Shown piece after piece: positions 1 to 16,605 of a stretch of DNA of 20,000 nt. The notes below the pieces were generated by a model. That model was not told the DNA's origin and made no database searches. It saw only the letters and a list, made by a program, of their open reading frames with translations. The stretch is from Catajapyx aquilonaris (lineage: Eukaryota), in NCBI GenBank assembly GCA_000934665.2, contig JYFJ02001397.1, forward strand, positions 61,439-81,438, given 5' to 3'. Made by a program: the position numbers and the translations under genes. Numbering within the stretch: the stretch's first letter is position 1; every line of letters begins with the position of its first letter.

Positions 1-350
1 TATGATGACTCATAGTGAATGGTGGTGCAATCATAGTACTTGTTTGTGCTTCAGCATTTTAAAATAACTTTTATTGACGACAATTATACACTGAGTGTGG
101 TTCATACTTCAGTGTAGCATTAGCACTCACCTCTTAGTCAGAGTTTTGTCCACAAGTCAGCAGCAAGTAAATTTTTTTTTTTGGGATAGTGGCATGAACT
201 GCCAATCAAGTGGAATAGGCGGATACCCGAAGATTTCCTATTAATACTGGATTGATTAGCTAGTGTTTGGAAGCAGGATTACAATACCAATAGTAAAGCA
301 ACAGTCACAAGTTGTGGCAAAGTTCCTCCCCCTGCCCACTTTCTAGGCCC

Positions 351-392
351 TTCTCTCTCTCTCTGTCTCTCCCCCCCCCCCCCTCTTCCCCT
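351..392. repeat. (CT)n / poly-C low-complexity tract in the upstream eRF1 intron
   Basis: Direct reading: ttctctctctctctgtctctccccccccccccc... Confidence 0.8.
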
Positions 393-878
393 TCTGCCCT
401 ACATTTTCCAATTGCACGTGGTTGCATTTATAGTGATAGATATCTATAAGAAGCAAGTTATGTCTACCATGGGGTACACAAGACTCAGTGGTATTGTGAG
501 ATTGAATAATGTAACTCTCCAGATAAACGCCACCATTGGAGAATTTAAAAGATGATATGAAATTGATTGTAGTATCACTGCAGTCCTTAATTCATTGGTC
601 ATCTGTGCATTCGTAATTGTAGCCTATATTTTGTCATCTATTAATCCCTGATATCATCAACCATTTTATTTGAATCCTGCCCATTATGGACAACCAAACG
701 TGATAACTCAGGGTGATGATAATCTCAGCAGTCTGCATTGGAGTGTCAAGAGTGGGTGGAATAAGGTGGCCCAGGGGCCTTCCTTTTGACAGAAGGCTAA
801 ATATTTTGCACTTATTTTTTGAAGTAGGACCTATAATTGTGTGCCATCAGTGTTCTCCAGCATTGTTGCTAGTTGTGA

Positions 879-7101
<6,223 letters not shown>

Positions 7102-8211
7102 CACAAAAACTGCATTCATTTATATACCATCCCCCACCCATTCACCAATACCCAAAATCCCAAAAAAGAAAGAAAGAAAAAAAAAACATGCCTAGTCCCT
7201 ATCCCTCTCCTAAGACCCCATTTTTTCACTCCTGGCCCAGCCAACTTTTTTAATCACTTTTTTTATTGACTTACTTTTTCGGGCATCACCAACTGTTGAT
7301 CACAGGTTGGGAAACATGTCAATTTAGCCTGCACTTTACATAGTAGATGTGGTTTTTCTTGACATTTCACTGCTTGGATTTTCAGTTTCATTTGATGTTG
7401 TGCTGCTTTTGTTGCAGGTTTCTGATTCCCTTATATTTGTTTATAGTGCTGAATGAAAAGAGCTTGAGTCCAACCAATATCATTTTTTGAAATACAAGGC
7501 AAAACTTAAATTGAATCCTGTCCCTTGATACCTTGTCTTTGACAGAATAAGCTTGACATAAAATGTTGCCCAAATTGTAGTGGGCTCAATAATTTTTTCA
7601 TTTACCACTCCAAATAAAGAAAAACTAACCGCTAAAAAAAGTAAGCGAATTAATTATGGGCTGATAGCTGTTGGTAAATTATTATTCAGTACAACGTAAT
7701 GATAGTCGTGAATAATTGTTCGTAATAATAACAGCTCTTTATGTAAAGGATACAGTGGAATGGAGGCATCATTTTGCGAGTGTAAAAAACATTCAATTGG
7801 ACCTTTTCAACTTTCCAATTATGAATTCTGCAAATGCGTTGAATATGTTATTATGATAGTTTATGTTTGACGACATTCTGATGTAATCATTAATTCACAA
7901 ATGGTGGTAGATTTTTACAAATTTCAGTGTATTGTTGCATGTGAAATTGCAAACTGACTGCACAACATTACCTTGCACATGGAAAGTTTGAAATTAGACA
8001 TGGGCACCTCATTAGGGTGTACAAGAGTGCATTTGGCAATTATTCTCATTGTCATCTACCTGCAGTATAATGCATGTCTAATTTTTACCATTTTTGTTGT
8101 ATGGAATGTTGGCTGACCTTGGCTTGGCCCAGAACTTTTTTGTATCCCCAGACCTGTTTTTGTATTATTGGGCACACTTTCATCTAATTCATGTATCTTC
8201 TTTCTCCCCAG

Positions 8212-8291
8212 GTCTCCTTCGCTATAAAGTTGATTTCCAGAGCTTGCAGTTTGATGAAGAAGAAGAAACTTATGACATAGAAGAGTACTAA
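8212..8291 (+). CDS. eRF1: eRF1 alternative terminal coding exon B: (G)LLRYKVDFQSLQFDEEEETYDIEEY*
   Basis: Strong acceptor tctaattcatgtatcttctttctccccag ends at 8211; same phase and same 80-nt length as exon A; 17/26 aa identical to A; AATAAA at 8962-8967 and nearby. Confidence 0.9.
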
Positions 8292-9706
8292 TTCTAATCA
8301 TGGAATGAAAGAAGAAAATCAGTGCTGCAAACCAGTGATTTCTATCTAACTCTTCATTTTCCTCCCATGAAAGTGATCCTATTATTTTCTGCTTGTGATA
8401 CGAAAATTCATTCATAAGTACATATCTACAGTACGTACGTCATTATTGGCGAAGGTGATGGTTAATCATTCTTATTAATGTATTATTTGTTAATGTTATT
8501 TTCCATGTTTCGACAGTATCTGCTGCGACTGTTAACGTCAGTGATACTGAAAATCTGTTGTCTTAAGCAATTTGACGAGATGAACTGAAAAAGCAATGCC
8601 ACACGGAAAAGGGAGGGAAATGATGAGTTATGGTTCGATTATTTTTGCATGTTCAAAAATCACTCTGAATTGAAACACACAAATCTATTATTGGAACAAT
8701 TTTGGAGAATCACCCTAAGAAGATGGACCAACTTCTGATGCAACACACTGCTACTACACATGAACTGCTTTTATGGTTACAAGTGAACCAAGAATTGAAA
8801 GGCGCAAGTGACAAGGACTGATTTCAAGTCGAGAGTGATTGCTCCACTTTTTAAATGAGTTAAACCAAAACTCATGTTTGCTGCAGTTGTTGACACTCAC
8901 AAGCCAACTGGGTGGGGGAGGGGACATAACTTCTATCAGTACAGCTTGTCCATGGTTTGCAAATAAACTGTTTTGGAAAAAAAATAAATTATCCTTTACA
9001 TTTCAAGGTAAGGTAATTGGAATAAAAGGTGATTTATTATCACAGCCAGTAACATTGACCCAGGGAGTGTTGGGATGGTATTTCAGAGAGAACACATTTA
9101 AAACCAAAATTGCTTCTCTTGTACTTACCACAATTCTGTGGTGTACCACCCATTTTTTGGGGGCCTGATGTTTTACTGCAAATAATGAGAAGCAGCCTCT
9201 ATAACAGAAAGGCACAGGCTTCGCATTGGTCTTTCTGTCAATTGCTCTCGCCATGTGTTAAAATCATTGGATAACTGCTTCGAATGTCGTCTCAAAAGGT
9301 AAGAAACAGGAGGATTTGCCAGGTTTATGTTGTGGTGGCCAAGATGATTGGCAAATACAACTAGGTTACTCTGGGATAATTTGACATTATGGGGGTTGAT
9401 AGGTGACCCATCCCAATTCAAGTGTGCTGATTTCATATTGCTTAACAGTTTTTGCATAATAATTATGTATGGTTTTCTTGCAATGATAATTGATTTCCAT
9501 TATATAACAATTATTTAAAATGAACATCACCAAATGATCAATAATAAAACTACAAGGGCTGTTCCAAAATTATTTATACTTAATTTTTTTGCCCATGCCG
9601 GTCAGCAGATAGGCACGCATTATCAACAGAACCATCCTGGAGTCAATGACTTGAATATTTGGTATGCCAACCATTCCAAGAAGCACTGTTTGGTTGTGTG
9701 TTGCCT

Positions 9707-9849
9707 CCACTCCCGGACAACTATGCAGTGAACAATGTCCTAGAAATGGCGTCGCACCGGCTAAGGGTTTTTTTTTTTCATGAATTCGAACAGGTGAAAG
9801 ACAAACAGGGTACCAGGGGAGTAGTGGAGCCGCAGTTGTCCGGGAGTGG
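9707..9849. repeat. 143-bp element bounded by a perfect 16-bp inverted repeat
   Basis: CCACTCCCGGACAACT (9707-9722) and AGTTGTCCGGGAGTGG (9834-9849); no clear TSD. Confidence 0.6.
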
Positions 9850-9994
9850 GTGCTCCGAACCTCCACAATGTGTGAAATCCAGTATATGTTCGCTGTGCTG
9901 CTGCAGCTAGCAATAACTACAATTTAATCAAACTTATACGGAGAAAGAGAGAGAAAAAAAGCATTCCCTTGCCGTGCCAGCTGTGTGGGTCAGC

Positions 9995-10066
9995 TGCCGT
10001 GACCAGGATTCGAACCTGGGTTATTGCGGCCACAACGCAATGTACTAACCACTATACGATCACGGC
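9995..10066 (-). tRNA. tRNA-His (GTG)
   Basis: Reverse complement GCCGTGATCGTATAGTGGTTAGTACATTGCGTTGTGGCCGCAATAACCCAGGTTCGAATCCTGGTCACGGCA forms a complete cloverleaf with anticodon GTG and A/B boxes; oligo-T Pol III terminator at 9954-9960 on the minus strand. Confidence 0.97.
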
Positions 10067-10540
10067 TAAGATCGGGATCTGCCAAGGTCTTCCTCAGATA
10101 GTGCACTCATGTTTGGCTCTCACGCAACTTTACACATTACGTCCGATGGCACGTTCGCCTTGCGTGTCATTTGACTCGGTACATCCCAATGAAGAATTTG
10201 ACATGTGCTGCGGAAAATACAAGTTTAAGTTATATTTTTCTGATAACGAAGTTATAAGCCCCCAGCATTTATCGTTTTCCCGTATCCATCGGTGTTTTTT
10301 TTTTTTTTACGAATCCAACCAAAAATAATATTTTCATTATGACGACGTGACTGAGCCAGACCCTACATATGCCAGCACACAACAATGCAAATACCAGCTG
10401 TCGCACATACTCTGTGACAAATTGGCAATCACGAAAACATCCTCTCCTTGGCATTAATTGTTTTGCGACGCTTGAATTGAATTCACTAGCATTGTCGAGC
10501 TACGTGTGAAACAGCACTTACAGCAAGATATTAATCAAGA

Positions 10541-11005
10541 ATGAACCTTCCAGCCACTTTCATCATGGTATTTCTGGTAGCCGGTACTAATGTCCATGGT
10601 GAAAAGGGATGTAAGTATACTTTATGTTTATATCGTTATTATTTTCTTTGATTCATAGCAGTGACGAACAGTGTGCAATATATATTTTAAAACTGAGTTA
10701 TAACCACAATAACAAGAGGGCAGTGAAAAATTCGAAGTGTTGCGAAAAAATGTTATATTTAACTAACACACTGTGCATGATTATTTTATGTTGCAGGTAG
10801 TACGGAGGAGAAAGGCCTGTGCACGAAGCCTGGGTTGATGCCGTGTCCCTATGACTGCACGCAGTTTCTCTCTTGCGGAAATGCTGGAACACCTGAATAT
10901 GTCATGAACTGTCCCGCGGAAACCTATTTCGATAAGAAACTGAAAATCTGTAATTTTCAAAACCAAGTCAATTGCACTCCCGACCCTAAAATTGATCCGC
11001 GCTAG
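10541..11005 (+). CDS. Small secreted chitin-binding protein 1 (single CBM14/peritrophin-A domain, about 92 aa)
   Basis: Exon 10541-10610 encodes signal-peptide-like MNLPATFIMVFLVAGTNVHGEKG with donor gtaagt. Exon 10797-11005 encodes STEEKGLCTKPGLMPCPYDCTQFLSCGNAGTPEYVMNCPAETYFDKKLKICNFQNQVNCTPDPKIDPR*, with CBM14 cysteine spacing. AATAAA at 11111-11116. Missed by the ORF track. Confidence 0.85.
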
Positions 11006-11419
11006 TCGAAGAAGTTGTCAAGGTCGTGGTATTCGTTAATTAATGATTCGAATTAGGCCTATACTATCGGAATTCGGTGTGCCCTGTAATGCAAGCCTGA
11101 TTTAGTGGACAATAAATCGCCGTTTTTAAACGGTATACTGTATGCATAACCCTCATATTTTTTAAAAAAATATCATTGTCCTACAGTATAGTGAAAACCA
11201 CATGTGGTTCTCCAGAAGGCTTCAGAAGGTCTGCATACATCACCAGTTGTCAATATCCCGCCATCGAAAAATATTTGCCTTTATGAATATGTCATGGACT
11301 GTCAATGCACACTATACCAATAAGCAGACCAGGTGCAGGTGCAGGTGTACTTGCGTCATTGCATCTGCAGTGGAGGCTGAAGTCAGCTCGTAACATTTCG
11401 AGAGATTCCAGTGAGCAAT

Positions 11420-11808
11420 ATGGGTCGACTTTGGGGATTTTTGTGCATTTTCGCAGTCATACTTTCGGCGACAAATGCTCGTGGTTAGTACCGATACTTA
11501 CATATATACTTACGATGATATTAGAGTATTAATGTGCCTTGGTCGTGAGTGACTCACCTCAATGTTCTCAATGTTGTTCCGCAGATTTGATAGACAGCAA
11601 CCAGCAAACTACAACTTGCTGGCTCCCTGGTATTCACAAGAATCCTTTCAACTGCAGGAAATATATTAACTGCGACAATGCAGGTACTGGTTACATTGGC
11701 TCGTGCGGGCCTGGAACTGCTTACAATCCCAAATATTCAACCTGCGACTGGCCCTCCAATGTTCCTGCTTGCGATAGGACTTACCCGGCTATGATTGACC
11801 CCCGCTAG
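11420..11808 (+). CDS. Small secreted chitin-binding protein 2 (single CBM14/peritrophin-A domain, about 95 aa)
   Basis: Exon 11420-11483 encodes signal peptide MGRLWGFLCIFAVILSATNAR with donor gttagt. Exon 11585-11808 encodes ...CWLPGIHKNPFNCRKYINCDNAGTGYIGSCGPGTAYNPKYSTCDWPSNVPAC...IDPR* with 6 Cys. AATAAA at 11861-11866. Confidence 0.9.
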
Positions 11809-12168
11809 AATGGAAGTATGGAAATGCTTTTTAGAATTGTATACATGCTGTATTTCATATAATAAACCCATGTTAATGGCGTCTGAAAAGACACTGTATT
11901 AAATAAAATAATAATGCATCACATGTGGCGCCAGGGTTATTTGTCAAAATAATCATATGCCCTCTAATTGCGCACCCCTTTGTACTAAATTAGGCTACCT
12001 TGTTCATGACACTTCATATTTAGTAGAAAGTAGACTAACTAGATCTGAAAAATAGACTTGAATTTTTGGCACTGATTTTAATGGTTCCATTGTTGTACCG
12101 TCTGCATAATTATGTCGTTTATACAGGTATCACATTATTTTCATGGATATTATTTTATTTTACATACA

Positions 12169-13843
12169 TTACTGTGACTTATCCTGAGAAACACCATTTT
12201 CTGAATAATAAGACGGGTAAATGACCAGGGAAGAAAACCTTTTGTAGTTTTTGCGAATGAAACAATGACGCAGACCTGACGACACTGTCATCCTTTTGTT
12301 CTGGAAAGAAACGCCGTCAGTGACACTTTTTATAAAGATAATGTGCATCTGGCATGTAGCCTAGTAGGCCTACTTACTTGATCCAGATTAAGGCACTCAG
12401 TCACAAAACTACCACACAGCTGATCGTGAATATCACTTATATTTGGCAGTGGTCGGTATTGGCTCAAGTTTTCAAGTGCAGCTATTGAGCTCGGAGTAAC
12501 CTGCAAGGAAGGAAGTCAATGCTGAACACTATGTAGATTTACAATCTTACGCATATTCTGCTCGACTTACGTGAAGTGCTAGAGTTCTTCCTTTGGGAGT
12601 GACGAAGAAATTGTCGCGGTACATTCCGAGATGGGACATCCACTTGGGAATGTCACCCATTAAATCCACTATTAAATGGAGCTGTATGGATTCTGTTGAT
12701 CCGGGAAACAGCCGTTCTCCTGTAGCCATTTCTGCCACCACGCATCCCAGTGACCACATGTCGATTGACATAGACAACGGAGCTCCTATACATAAGTCAT
12801 GAATCAGTACGGTACATTATTTACACACTGAGTTGTTAAAACAAATAAATAATGATATTACCTAAAATCACCTCTGGAGCGCGGTAATTCAGAGATTGCA
12901 CAGTGACACCTTGAATTGCTTTGGAATGAAATGTTAGAAAGGAGCATCCAAAGTCGGACAGTCTGACCCTCCATCGAAATCCTCTCGTGTCAATCAATAT
13001 GTTGCTGGGAGTCAGGTTCGCGTGGACAACATTGGCTTCCTAAAAAAATAAAATCTGCATTCACACACAAACAAAACTACTACACCAGGGATAAAATAAA
13101 TGAGGATCATCTGAGCAAAGCGTCGTGATCCAAAGTGTCATAATCACCTGCAGCCAGTCCAGAGCGGTCAGTATCTGCTGAGTCACATACGCGGTCAGTA
13201 TGGGTGGCAATTTGGCGTGTTTGCGAATCACTTTGGCTAGGTCAGTCGAGACCAGGTCGAAGGTCAGGCAGAGACAGTGGCCGTACACAAACGACCCGAG
13301 GAACCCAACCACATGTCGAGATTTGCTTAGTTTATGGTCGTTGTCGTATCTCGCCAAGTACTTCAGCATTGCATGTTCTCGAGCAGACCATCGGTCGCGA
13401 GATGTGACCTTCACAGCCACCTCGGACGAAAGCAAACTCTGCTTTCGGACGCAACGGACCACATTTCCAAACGAACCTCGCGACAAAATTGAAATTACTT
13501 GATAATCGGTATTTCTGGATTTCAGAAAGTCACCTTCTGATGGTAACCATATCGGTGGACCGCGCGACCACTTCTGAAAAAGAAAGAAAAAAAAATTCAA
13601 ATTGAATACTGTGAAATCACAATTATATCGAAACACGATGGTTTGCACACATTATACATTCCAGCCGAATATCACATATTGCATATTGTGCTAACGCACT
13701 ATTCGTACCTGTTTTTGGTTCATATTGGTTTCAGCCACCCTTCCAGCCTTCAGATTCTCAGCAGCAGCAACTCCTTCAGCTCTTCTAACTTCTTCCCAAT
13801 CTACCACGTCCCATCCCTCCATATCCATCTCGTAACTTCCCAT
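12169..13843 (-). CDS. DYRK/HIPK-like CMGC kinase-fold protein, predicted pseudokinase (about 402 aa)
   Basis: Exons 13843-13709, 13573-13148, 13039-12862, 12785-12571, 12500-12378, 12300-12169 join in frame via GT-AG introns. Motifs: [13 protein letters not shown], alphaC Glu, [48 protein letters not shown]...LRHCFI. Confidence 0.85.
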
Positions 13844-14269
13844 CGCTTCCGACAAAATGTCAACAGAGCTTCAAAATCCTGTTGAATCACCCTGTAACCC
13901 GCCCATGTCTTGGGACGTCCAGTCACTCTCAATGATGCAAGAGCATATCACGGATGATTTATTTGGCCGTTAGAGTATACAATAAGCACAGTCACATGCA
14001 GTATTTATGTCATGGTTACAAAGGGGCTTAGCTGCTGTAGATCTGTTGTCGGCTTGTTGCAGATATTGATATCATGATTTTTTGAATGCCCGCCAACGCC
14101 ATGCCCCGAAACTGATTATGCACAATGAGACACTTTAATTATTTTAAAAGTATAAAGATTTGTCAATTTTTTATACAGAACAAGTACAGCATTAAATTGT
14201 ATTTTAGCTATAAAAAATACAGCATTATAAAAGTTTCGACGCCTGGTAACCCGTGTGGAGAGAAGAAAG

Positions 14270-16535
14270 ATGGCGTCGTCCATGAAGCGTGCTTCCGTGT
14301 ACCTGTTGAGAGGGCCACTCTTTTGCCCAGGGGCCGCCCACACCCGTCGCCCCCACCTGAGGGCGAGAGAGGCCTCGGGGTGGGCCCAGGGCAATGGAAA
14401 TAATGGTGGAGGAGGCGAAGGGGGAAGTGGAGCATCAGGTAGTAGCGGTCCCAGCACCTTATGGTCCGGCGTACCATTTTTGGGGGTCGGGGTCGGGGCG
14501 GGGATCGCCTACCTGGCGCACCTCCTCAGGAGCAGGACCACTGCCGGCCCTTTGCTTTCCCTGGGATCATTCTTTCCTACTGTGCAGGTGAGAGTGAACT
14601 AACCTTTTTTTTGCAGAGATATTCAAAAATAACATGTGCCTGAGGGGGAAATAATTTTTTTTACAATGCTGAAAGTCTGATGGTCATACACATGCGCAAT
14701 GGTAATGAAATCCTTAGTACAAAAGGAATTACCGATTTAAAAAAAAAACTTCTTTATTGATATTTTCTTCTCCGCACAGGCACGGATGGCAACGGGCCCT
14801 CCGAAGAGTTACAACTTCATCGCAGATGTGGTTGAGCAGACAGCCAAGTCGGTAGTGTACATTGAGATAAAAGACAACCGACAGGTGGATTTCTTCACTG
14901 GAGCTCCTGCCATGACCTCCAATGGGTCGGGATTCATTGTCAATGAAGATGGTCTTATCCTGACAAATGCGCATGTTGTAGTCAACAGGCCGAGCAGTTC
15001 TGTCTGGGTTAGTTTTTTTTTGTAGAATAAACACTATAGAAGGTGGGACATGTTACACTGGTTTGTTTTCAGGTGAAACTCCATGATGGGCAAGTTTTAG
15101 CTGGCAAAGTGGAAGATATCGATACCCATTCAGATCTAGCCACCATCAGAATTTCAGCAGTAAGTTGGCTATCTTCTATTCATGTTCGCATTTTTGCAGT
15201 CAACTTTTAGTGAGGTTATACCCATGATGTAATAGTTCAGCTTGCAGTTGACATCTTTCAAGATTTGAGCTCTTAAATTTTTTGTTTTGTTGCCTACCAC
15301 TAATATTGCATAAGGTTGTAAACATTCTTTTGGCAGTGTTTGCCGCAAGATGCTGCCAACACAAAATTCAAAATGAAGGGAACACAAAGTGACTTGAATT
15401 GTACATGAGTCAGCAATGATGGAGCTTTCATTAGGACAAGTTAATACTCTCAATTTTCTTTATTCTATAGAAAAACCTTCCTGCAATGCAGCTGGGATCT
15501 TCATCTGAGGTCCGTCCTGGTGAATGGGTAGTTGCCATGGGCAGTCCCCTCTCTTTGTCCAATACCATAACTGCTGGTGTGATTAGTTCTATCAACCGCG
15601 GTAGTAGTGAACTGGGCCTCAGAGGAAAGGACATGGAGTATCTCCAAACCGATGCTGCCATCACATTTGGCAACTCAGGTGGACCTCTGGTCAACCTGGA
15701 AGGAGAGGCCATTGGTGTTAATGCCATGAAGGTCACGGCAGGAATATCTTTTGCCATACCCATTGACTATGCCAAGGAATTTTTGAGAAGGGCAGAAGAG
15801 AGAAGGAAAGATATAAAGAGTGGCAGACTTGGGGGTGGTGGGGCCAAGAGGAGATACATGGGAATCACCATGCTTACTCTTACACCAGATATTATCTATG
15901 AGCTGCAAATGAAGCACCAGCTGCCACACATGGCAGTTACCCATGGAGTACTTGTCTGGAAGATTGCCGTGGGATCGCCTGCATATCAGTAAGAAGGCAT
16001 CTGAATTCACCAATAAATCATACAAAATAAATCTCAATATTGGCTCTTGTGAAGGTGTCAATAGGGTCATTCATGTGTACATGCATGACCCTAGTGACTA
16101 TAGTCATGAGTAAGCTGTACATATTGGAAGTGGTTCATTACTGACATGAGAGGGCAGTGGTTTTTTAAGTGATAATGTGTGATAATAGTGTAGTGCACAT
16201 GAATAATATAATCTAAGTTGGTCAAGAAGTTGGACAGTAATATTGTATGTGCTCTGAGGAAGAACACTGAATGGAGAAAGTACTGGATTATTAGGTTCCA
16301 AAAGTTGATCACAAATATGTCATACCCGTTACTTTATGTACTTACTGCTTCCTTTATTTCTAGTGCTGGAATCCAACCTGGTGACGTAGTGACCCACATT
16401 AACAAAGATCCAGTTCGTAGCACGGGTGATGTGTACAAGGCCCTAGAGTCTGAAACCCCAGATATCCTTCTGCAGATTGTCCGAGGCAACAGACACTTGA
16501 CAGCTGTTGTACAGCCTGAAGAGCACAACACATGA
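14270..16535 (+). CDS. HtrA2: Mitochondrial serine protease HtrA2/Omi (about 440 aa)
   Basis: Exons 14270-14587, 14780-15007, 15073-15159, 15471-15988, 16364-16535. Arg-rich presequence, TM segment [29 protein letters not shown] trimerisation motif, catalytic triad in TNAHVV / DLATI / GNSGG, and a C-terminal PDZ domain (RYMGITML...[12 protein letters not shown]). Confidence 0.95.
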
Positions 16536-16605
16536 ACAACAGGTATAGCTATTTTCACTTCACAGATGAACTTTATTTGCAAAATTCCATCCACATGGCG
16601 AAAAG

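Noticed and set aside
7418..7425. Third possible eRF1 terminal acceptor (ttttgttgcag|GT TTC TGA) giving a truncated GGIGGF* isoform
   Set aside because: No homology to exons A or B, and such acceptor-like strings are frequent in T-rich UTRs; unsupported without transcripts.
8839..9457. Several 80-110 aa ORFs downstream of eRF1 exon B
   Set aside because: No recognisable domains or splice structure; the region is consistent with 3'UTR or intergenic DNA.
10541..11808. One signal exon spliced alternatively to two CBM14 exons
   Set aside because: A second signal-peptide exon with its own ATG and donor exists at 11420-11483, so two separate genes is the simpler reading.
12330..12377. Apparent frameshift or early stop after [11 protein letters not shown] suggesting the kinase is a pseudogene
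   Set aside because: Resolved by an intron at 12377-12301 (gtaagt...ttccag), which restores subdomain XI (LDQNKRMT...LRHCFI).
14116..14477. Pro-rich minus-strand ORFs and other long shadow ORFs over HtrA2, eRF1 and kinase exons
   Set aside because: Antisense or alternative frames of GC-rich real exons, with no independent motif support.
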